A stretch of DNA of 64,000 bases from the NCBI GenBank assembly GCA_025786725.1, contig JAHLTZ010000009.1:496001-560000 (forward strand), written 5' to 3'. Each line of letters begins with the position of its first letter. Within the stretch, counting starts at the first letter, position 1. A program made the position numbers and the translations under genes. The notes beneath the pieces were generated by a model. The model was given only the letters and a program-made list of their open reading frames with translations, searched no databases and was not told the DNA's origin. Below are positions 53,928 to 64,000 of this stretch, piece by piece. This DNA is from Syncephalis fuscata S228. Lineage: Eukaryota; Fungi; Zoopagomycota.

Positions 53928-54692
53928 ATGCTTTTCTCATCCACTAGCGTTACTGCCTCCGCTCTGGTAGCACTCTCGGCCATCTCCAGCGTTGCCGCTC
54001 ACGGTTACATGTCCACCCCACCGGTGCGTGGCATCCAGAAGGAGTCCTACAGTGTTGACTCGCTTAAAGCACCCAACTGGGGTGGTGCTTTGTGCCGTGG
54101 TGAGCCAGCTGGCACAGTGACCACCGTTAGCAACACAGTGACCCTTGGCTTTACGATTACCGCTCCTCACGTTGGTTTGTGTCAAGTATTCATCCTTGAT
54201 GCCGATCTTACAAACTCGGTCAAGGTTGCCGAGAAGCTTGACTGTGCCGCTCCTGGCAAGGTTGGTCCGTGGACCATCACAATCCCTAGCAACATTACCG
54301 GTCGCAAGGTCATTCGTTGGTACTGGTCTGCTGCTCATGTCACCCCCAACGAGCCATACGAAAACTGTGCCGATGTTAACATTGGCGGTTCGTCCACTGG
54401 TAGCAACCCAGCCCCTGAAGCAACCTCTACCACCTCGACAACGACACCAGCGTCGACATCTACCTCGTCTGCAAGCGCTCCAACTAGTGGCTCGTCAACT
54501 GGCGCATATACACCAACGCCAGCTCCAGCTCCAGCACCATCATCCGGCAGCGGTTCTTGCCAACCAAACCAATATACCTGTAATGCTGATGGCCGACTTG
54601 GCCAGTGCAATTTTGGTAAATACGTCTGGATCAAGTGCGCCACTGGAACTACCTGCCGTAGCTCCGGCAACTACCATTACTGCGGCTACTAA
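53928..54692 (+). CDS. Secreted LPMO-like protein (His1; AA11-like or related) with Ser/Thr/Pro linker and C-terminal CBM19-like module
   Basis: Signal peptide ends VAA-HGYM. Second His in APHVG.C; RWYW...EPYENCADV; 6-Cys C-terminal module. Confidence 0.8.
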   Translation: MLFSSTSVTASALVALSAISSVAAHGYMSTPPVRGIQKESYSVDSLKAPNWGGALCRGEPAGTVTTVSNTVTLGFTITAPHVGLCQVFILDADLTNSVKVAEKLDCAAPGKVGPWTITIPSNITGRKVIRWYWSAAHVTPNEPYENCADVNIGGSSTGSNPAPEATSTTSTTTPASTSTSSASAPTSGSSTGAYTPTPAPAPAPSSGSGSCQPNQYTCNADGRLGQCNFGKYVWIKCATGTTCRSSGNYHYCGY

Positions 54693-55373
54693 TGTGGCGT
54701 AGATGTTTGTGTGTGAAGTACCATTAGTCCTATTAGTGTGTATTGTACGACCAATAATTATAATACATACGGAATAGTAATAGTAATGTGATGATGCTTT
54801 TCTTATCTGTTCTCCGATAAAGTGATTTGCCGGTCCTTTTACTTTACCGTAATAAACATGGTTGAAAAGCGGCTCTCGTTATTATTACAACTAATAAACA
54901 ATTAAAACAATCAATTATTATTGTGCATGTGTATTTATTAATATTATTCCGTGTTATTTGTTTAAGCAACAGCACGTCACAGTAAATCGTTTTAAAATGG
55001 AATAACAATGCCACTGCTTTTAAATTGACTATCGCCATATTATTAGAGTGAACAAGCGTATATTGTTACATTAATCAACCAATATAACTATCTAATCATC
55101 AGTGTATCCACAAAACAATAAAACACGTATTTTGTTTTCCCTCTCTTGTATTTCATCCGTATAACATATATTTGATATTAATTATTAATAATCAAATTAA
55201 TCTTTAGTAATTTATTTATATTTTATTTATTATATATATACAGACAATTATATCGACCAATCAAACAAATATTGAAATATAGATGAAGATGATCAGAGAT
55301 ATAGATTTATTTGCATTATATTTGTGTTCTCATCGGTTTATCTTTCTTTCAGCCCCCATTTTATCTATTTACT

Positions 55374-56944
<1,571 letters not shown>

Positions 56945-56979
56945 TCCACAAATATACATCATACTAATGGTGAAAGTGG

Positions 56980-58450
56980 TTACAAATAGCTAAATAAAAA
57001 ACAATTGAATATACTTACTGGAGTTAACCAGGATGAGCGCAAAAGAGTTATATCCGTTGCATTATTAAAAAGAAACTAATGATTGGTTGTCTTTACGTCG
57101 AAATTCAATTGGGCTTTATCATTGTTTGTTGCCTTGTGTATAAAAATGAGTAGCACAGACAGTTACTATTAGACTCAATATTAGTCAAATAGAATAATGA
57201 CTAAATATGTTGATTATACAACATTAAGCTAAATAGATTGGCTATTATTATGGCAATTGTATGTTTGAAAATACAAAACTACTAAATTTATAAGTAACAG
57301 TGTCAAATTGCTTAATCAAATCTAAATGCTGTTCGATTAGACAATCATTGTATCGAGTATGGTAATACAAATTTAATTTATTTGTATATTGTAACGCTAT
57401 TGCAAATCATTAACTCATACGTTGAGTCTATGATAGTAGCTGATAGGCGACAAAATACAACACGCTTAGCAATGTACGCGATATTGTTAGCCTTGATCGC
57501 ATAGCCATTTCCAAAGGCAATGTCGATTTTAATATGCCTTTTGTAATCAATCAATAGGTATTAGTAGGCAACTGTAGATGTAGAATTAAATTCCGTTACC
57601 ATAGTGGCTCGAGTAATACCGGTTATATATTATTAAGGTATGCATGGATGGTACTGGCATAGCACGCTGCTCAAAATCAGATATGGATTTGATAAATGGC
57701 AGATTACTGCTGAATAATTATCCTACTGCCAATAATTACATGGATCGCAGCCATCATTGAATGTATAGCTGTATTCATATCCAGTTTAATTAATACTAAT
57801 GGCTTTACATTGCTGGCGTGCTTATTATCCGGTAATCTTGCCGTAACGTATTCAAAATTTAACATTCGACAAGGCCTTTGTTTCTACTCATGCATTACAG
57901 GCAGTTTTAATGCAATATGACTTGGGGCGGCATCATATACATACAGCTATCCACTTCCGTATTATCATTCCGTATGCAGCAAGTTCAGGATGCACAACAT
58001 GGCTATTACAGTAAACAATTGGTCCATTCATATTGTGGCAGAAACTTGATGGTCGTGGGTTGAGCCTGGTTTGCATATACTTTTCAATTGTTCAACCGGC
58101 GTTTTTATTTAATTCTCCACCACATTTATTATTTTATACTGTATTATTGATACTTATATTGATTATTTATAATGCCAACTATTGATTACAATAGTCAGCG
58201 ATACGCTGAATGGATCAATAGTCACATAGAACGATTGGGAGCTCGTCTACATCCACTTGGCGAAGTGCCCACATTTAATTTTTTTATGGAGGCATCGGGT
58301 GACATTGACGAGCAACGCCTTCAGTTGTATGGAGTACAAATTCAAATTTTTCTGTTTGTTGTAATGCTTTATATATTTGGTTGTAATCTCGTTATTGCCA
58401 GTAAAATGGTTGTATTACAGCCTCGTAACATGGTCTCGTGGTGCTGTTTA
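56980..58450 (+). repeat. Probable source copy of the inverted duplication at 35270-36730
   Basis: Spans the LYS12 3' flank, the C2 upstream region and the first ~90 codons of C2. Confidence 0.88.
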
Positions 58451-59160
58451 ATCCCTTCGACTTTCAGTATTATGGCTAGCTTGCTGGCACTATTTTTGTA
58501 TCTGGGATTTCCTATCAACTGTCGAATACTTTCATGGTTTAGCGGATTTAGCTTGTCATCCACGATGATTGGCAATAGCTTAATACTGCTTCAAAAAGCC
58601 TATCTGGTAATTCGTCGGCAAAATTGGATAATTTTTATCAGCATTCCGATTATAGCAGCACAGCTTGTTTATGGATTCATCGTAGTCTACTACCATTTTT
58701 TTACCATAGAAAAAAAAGTTGGCTGTATGGCCTACTATCCCAAGGTGTTCGTGTGGTATTGGTTTTCGATTAATGTACCAATCAATCTACTATTTTCAGC
58801 TATCTTCTGCCGCGTTGCTATAAATCAATATCGTTTATTTGGATCGGAAGCATGGAGGAAACTGGCAATAGATGGAATACAAACAATGTCCTCAGCTGCG
58901 CTATGTAGCATTATTTGCGGTTTTTTCATTATTACATTTACAGACGAAATTAATCCAGACATATTTTTTGTTGTAGATTGGTAAGTGGTATTATTTAATG
59001 GTCTACGTGTAGTTTATACGTAATTAGGGTGGTTGTTACAACAATGCTGATTAGACATAGCCAAAACATTGGCAAGAATATGAATTTTGCACATCATCCA
59101 AAAACTAGCCATATGATTCGTTTGTCCGAAATTGCTACTGCAAGATCTGTAGAATATTAA
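58172..59160 (+). CDS. Orphan 7-TM family subtype C, copy C2 (intact)
   Basis: MPTIDYNSQRY start, intron 58981-59027, exon 2 ends SEIATARSVEY-TAA. Confidence 0.85.
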
Positions 59161-59748
59161 TAACCATGCAATTGTTATTTGTATTCTGAATACACTTTGA
59201 ACTTAATGATTTGACTGTGTAAATATTTTTTATAAATAAAATGCTTTGACATTAATTGTTGTAATAATATATGGCAAACCAATATTTACAGACATGATCA
59301 ATTTATTGCAAAGGCAAATATAACTATAGAATACATAATTGGTAAAATCATGGGAGCATTAATAAAAAACACTTCAACGGGCTATTATTAAAATTGCTAT
59401 TTTGCCTGGCAACTATAGGCCAAAGCGCGTGAAAGCACAACGATCAAAATTTTAAATAAATGGATAATAATAGCAGCACATTTTAAAATATGAAGCAATT
59501 GATAGTCAGTTTGACAAAAAATAAAATAACAGTTTTGTTTATTAAGCTTGATACTTTCATCTAAATCGTTCTTTACTATTGGCTTAAATAAAACAACTAT
59601 TTATCTAACATTAACTAGTAGCATCCTGTTAAATATATTTTGTAAATAAAAATTGCATTATTTCATTAAAAATTTAAGCTACTTTAATTGTCTATATACA
59701 ACGTCATTTATAATAATTTATATAGATGTAATATATCAACGCAACTTA

Positions 59749-60721
59749 TTATTTTGCAGTGGCAATTTGCGATATATGAAGTATATGATCAGTTTTAGGA
59801 CGATACGCAGAATGATTATTATTTCCTATTTTTTGACAGTGTCTAATCAATATGGTTGCGACAATCATCCTATAAATATATTAGGTATATGTATATAATT
59901 AATTACTGATCCTTACCAATCAGCGGGAAAAGTATATCAAGGTTAGCGTTGCCAATACGACTAACTATAGCAATACTGCAAATAATGTTGATTAATATAG
60001 CCAGGCACATTGACTGTATTCCATCTCGTGCTAGTTGTTTCCACGCATCAGATCCAAATAGGTGATATTGATTTAAAGCAATGTGGCAGAAGATGGCAGA
60101 AAAAAATAAATTACTTGGTGTATGCACTCCGATCTAGTACCAAAGCAGAATGGGTGGATAGTAGATAACGCAGCCAAGTTTGGCCTCCAAAGTAGAAAAA
60201 GAGTAGTATATCAAAATAAAAGCATAGCCTATTTGAGGCAATATAAAAAAATGCCTATATAAGTAATCCACTTTTTTTGATAAAGAACCAAATGAACTTT
60301 TAAAAGAAGAATTGAGCTATTAAAAATTGCTCCTAACGAAATAAAGAATCCAGACGACCATAACAGCATTCTGCAATTAAGGCCATAGCCCATCAACATA
60401 AATATGATTTTGCGCTAGACATACTGCCATTAATAGCGAGTAGTAAACAGCACCACGAAAACTTGCTATGTGGTCGCGATATGGTCATTTTGGTAGTTAC
60501 AATAATATTGTGTGCAAAAACACAAACATTAAAACAGAAAATGCAATTTGAATTTGAATGCCCGTTAAACGAAGACGCTGCTCGTCAGTATGACCTGTAG
60601 CTTTCATCAAGAAATCAGGCACGCTTATTTCACCAAGTGGATTGAGCGGAACATTCCATTGCTTTGTAGCATTGTGTCTCCATTCGATTTGTTTTGCATC
60701 GTTATAATCAATGAACGGCAT
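59749..60721 (-). pseudogene. Orphan 7-TM family subtype B, copy B4 (multiple frameshifts)
   Basis: MPFIDYNDAKQIEWRH start. Fragmented homology through LARDG and the conserved exon 2 (SQIATAK-TAA). Confidence 0.7.
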
Positions 60722-62023
60722 TTTTGGTTTTGTAAAAATAACAGCAATGCGTATAAATAACTAGATAATAAAGATATTGTCGCATCAATTTGAATGTTTT
60801 GCAATAAGATGGTCGAGTAAAGGCTATTACCAGTTTTACTTCTCATGCATGCTAACTGATGTGGATACACGGGGTGTTTTGACATGCATATAAACAACAT
60901 CAGCTGCTGTGTTACGCGCCATACAAGGTTGGTAACAATCACAAGTTGAATAATGGTAGTAATAGATAGGTACTAAACTTGAAAATAATACTGTATTATA
61001 ACAACACAAAAGCGTCAACGTCAACAACAAATTTATAAAATTACTAAATGCTTGTAAGATTTTGTATTTAACAACGTACAGCAGCGAATATCCGGTCAGA
61101 CCATGCAGCTTGAGCCATGTTATGCATTGTGCCGTTTTAGTAGTTTTAGGCTGGTAGCTAAAACAGCTCGCCTGAGTTTTTGGTCAGTGATACGTGATTT
61201 TTATTTGACACCATGTATGTCTACAATTGACTTGTCTTGAAAACCTACAGACAGAATTACGTATTGCTATTGTAGTACAGTTGCTTAGGTAGATTGTTAA
61301 AATCGATTAAATGAATACTATTGTGCATATTCTAATTTTATTCTACAGTATTAATATAAAGCAAAAATAAAGCTCAATGCCTGCTATGCTAAAGACGTTG
61401 TCTATTGACTAGAATGTGTGCTAATTGTGACTATTTCGCAACAGCATCAGTTACTCAATACGATTGTCATAATTGATATGCTTTGTCTAGCCTTTCATAC
61501 TAGTCACACTGGCTTTTTATCTTAAAAACTGGCCATTCACTTTAGTGGAACTGACCTTTTTTGTGGTATTTATAGCCATCCGATAACCAACATCCATATA
61601 GCACAGAATGACTAATTAACTGCGTAGTTATATTATGATTTAATCAAAAACTAATGGTTTTACATGGTCAGTTTTAGTAGCCACAAATGCCATTGCAACT
61701 TAGTATAATTCAGCGATCCGTTGAGGCCTTTGCTTTTAGTGGTGCGCAGCTGGCTATTCTTCTGTCATGTGGCTCGTGAACGGATATTATATACATACAG
61801 CTATTCACTTCAGTATTATCATGGCATAGGCGACAATTTCAAATATAACAGGTTTATGCCAATAGATAATTGAATTGTCCATATTATAGCCAACACTTGA
61901 TGACCACAAGGCGTACTTCTAGCTGTATCCACACTTTTTAATACTCAGCCAAAGTTTTTATCACACACACTACACATTTATTATTGTATATTGTATTATT
62001 GATATCTATAATATTCATACATA

Positions 62024-63012
62024 ATGCCGGCTATTGATTATAACAGCCATGAATATGCTGAATGGATTAACAGTGATATAAAACAATGGGGAATTCGCCT
62101 TCATCCACTTGGTGAAATGCGTATATATGATTTTTTTATGGAAGCTTCTGGCGATATTGATAAACAGCGCTTTCGATTATTTGGTATACAAACTCAAATT
62201 ATAATGACTGTTATAGCATCTTTTATATTTGCACACAATCTTGTTATTGCCAGCAAAATGGTGATATCACGACCTCATAGCATAATATTCTGGTGCTGTT
62301 TTATTCCTTCTGTTTTGGGCATTATAAATAGTTTAATAAGTATATTTATGTTATTGAATTTCTTTGGTAATTGCCGAATTATGGTATGGATTATTTTATT
62401 TAATATATCATTTACAATGATTAGCAACAGTTTAATATTGCTTCAAAAGGCCTATCTAGTGCTTTGTCGCCAAAGATGGATACTTTATATCAGTACTCCC
62501 TTTATAATGGCACAGCTCTTCTTTGCCCCTATTATAATCTATTATAGTTTTAGTACTTTAGAAGAAAAAGTTGGTTGTATAGATTACTACCCTCAGCCTA
62601 TTCTTTGGTATTGGTTTCTAATTAATGTGCCAATCAATATACTATTCTCATATATTTTCTGCCACATTGCTTTAAAGCAGTATCGCTTATTTGGATCGGA
62701 TGCATGGAAGAAATTGGCACGCGATGGAATACAAGCAATGACATTGGCCACTTTATGCAATACCCTCTCTTCAATATTTTCTATCATGCCTATAAGCAAA
62801 GCCTATTCTGACGACTTCTTCATCATAGCTTGGTAAGTAATGATAGGCAACTGTTTATATAAAACTAACATAAAAACAGGGTGTTTGTTACAACAATATT
62901 AGTTCATTATTGTCAAAATACAGGCAAAAGTGCTGATTCTGCACATCGTCCAAAAACCGATTATATGCTTCATTTATCTCAAATTGCCACTGCAAAATCA
63001 ATAGCCTGTTAA
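62024..63012 (+). CDS. Orphan 7-TM family subtype A, copy A6 (intact)
   Basis: Intron 62833-62879, stop 63010-63012. Confidence 0.85.
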
Positions 63013-63552
63013 TAAATATGCGTATTGGCATTCATGTTATGATTAAACTTTTAAATCAACAATTTAACTATATAAAACTTTTTATAAATAAAATATATTC
63101 GCTTTTGATTTGTTGTAATTATGTTGTCGTAAATTCAAAGGTGAGTGTATTTTAAATTGCTTGGCATAAATATATTAAAATGCTGGCGTAGCACACGCTC
63201 ACTACAAATACATACATAATTTGCCCATATTATAATAAATTATTAAGTTCTGTTCTATTTTATTAATTAGTTAGTTGTCTCATCCATGATAACGCTAAAT
63301 AAAACTATCATTGTAATAAATATTGGCAATTTTTTATTTTTAAGCGTTATAACTCACTAGAATTTAGTATGCTTTATAAGATCAAATACTGGATAGCATT
63401 TCATTGCAGTCAACCTTTTACTTGTTATGCTAATTAAATATTCTGTTTCTTAGATTTAACTGACAACACTATATGTATGCAAAACTATTTACGCATTAAA
63501 TAAAAAGCGTAATTTATTTGATAATAGTCTATCTTTATTTGATCTTAATGTG

Positions 63553-63849
63553 CTAACAATAAGCATACACTATCTTTGAACTACAGATATCTGGTATAAC
63601 GCACCGAATAATAATCCAAGAGCCACTAAAACACATCATAAGAACATTGTTAGAGCACATAGACTTCGACCCTTTGCACTCGACTTTAGTGTCATAAACT
63701 TTTCCTAACGGATAATTCATACGAACTAGATCAGCGGGCTTAAGGCTGTTAGCAAATAGCCTGTTTATAGTCTTTTGATCTACATCTTTTTCTTTAGCAG
63801 CAGAAACAACAACGGCGGCTAAAACAAAAAGCATGGCAGATAATTTCAT
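63553..63849 (-). CDS. Small secreted Cys-rich protein (98 aa) with CBM19-like 6-Cys module
   Basis: Signal peptide MKLSAMLFVLAAVVVSA; C-x6-C-x7-C-x9-C-x5-C-x8-C. Confidence 0.75.
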   Translation of the reverse strand: MKLSAMLFVLAAVVVSAAKEKDVDQKTINRLFANSLKPADLVRMNYPLGKVYDTKVECKGSKSMCSNNVLMMCFSGSWIIIRCVIPDICSSKIVYAYC

Positions 63850-64000
63850 GATGTTAATATGTTTTAACTTGATATTGAAAATTGTTTAAATGGTTAATCA
63901 AATTGAAGGTTGTTGATTTTGTGTAGTCAAACATATAATAAGAGTAGATTTTAGCTAAGTGGATGATAATTAGATAATCTGCTTTAATATCTGTATCGTT

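Overview
AT-rich, intron-dense fungal DNA with many short (about 45-130 nt) introns. Gene style suggests an early-diverging fungus, possibly Zoopagomycota such as Syncephalis; this is inference only. Housekeeping genes: YSH1/CPSF3, GET4, INO1, dipeptidyl peptidase III, an SDR reductase, a triple-module Vps10 receptor and LYS12. They are interleaved with 12 copies of an orphan 7-TM (GPCR-like) family in three subtypes, here called A, B and C. Most copies sit in head-to-head B/A cassettes whose non-coding core is almost invariant while the coding regions are mosaic. Two intronless 7TM-RGS genes, a His1 LPMO-like secreted protein, a stand-alone CBM19-like secreted peptide and a dsRBD protein are also present. 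There are two long inverted segmental duplications and a fold-back element. The INO1 leader has no AUG but carries an ACG-initiated 26-codon uORF in near-ideal context, a candidate inositol-sensing regulatory peptide. Single-base homopolymer deletions occur even in conserved genes, so many frameshifts are probably assembly errors.
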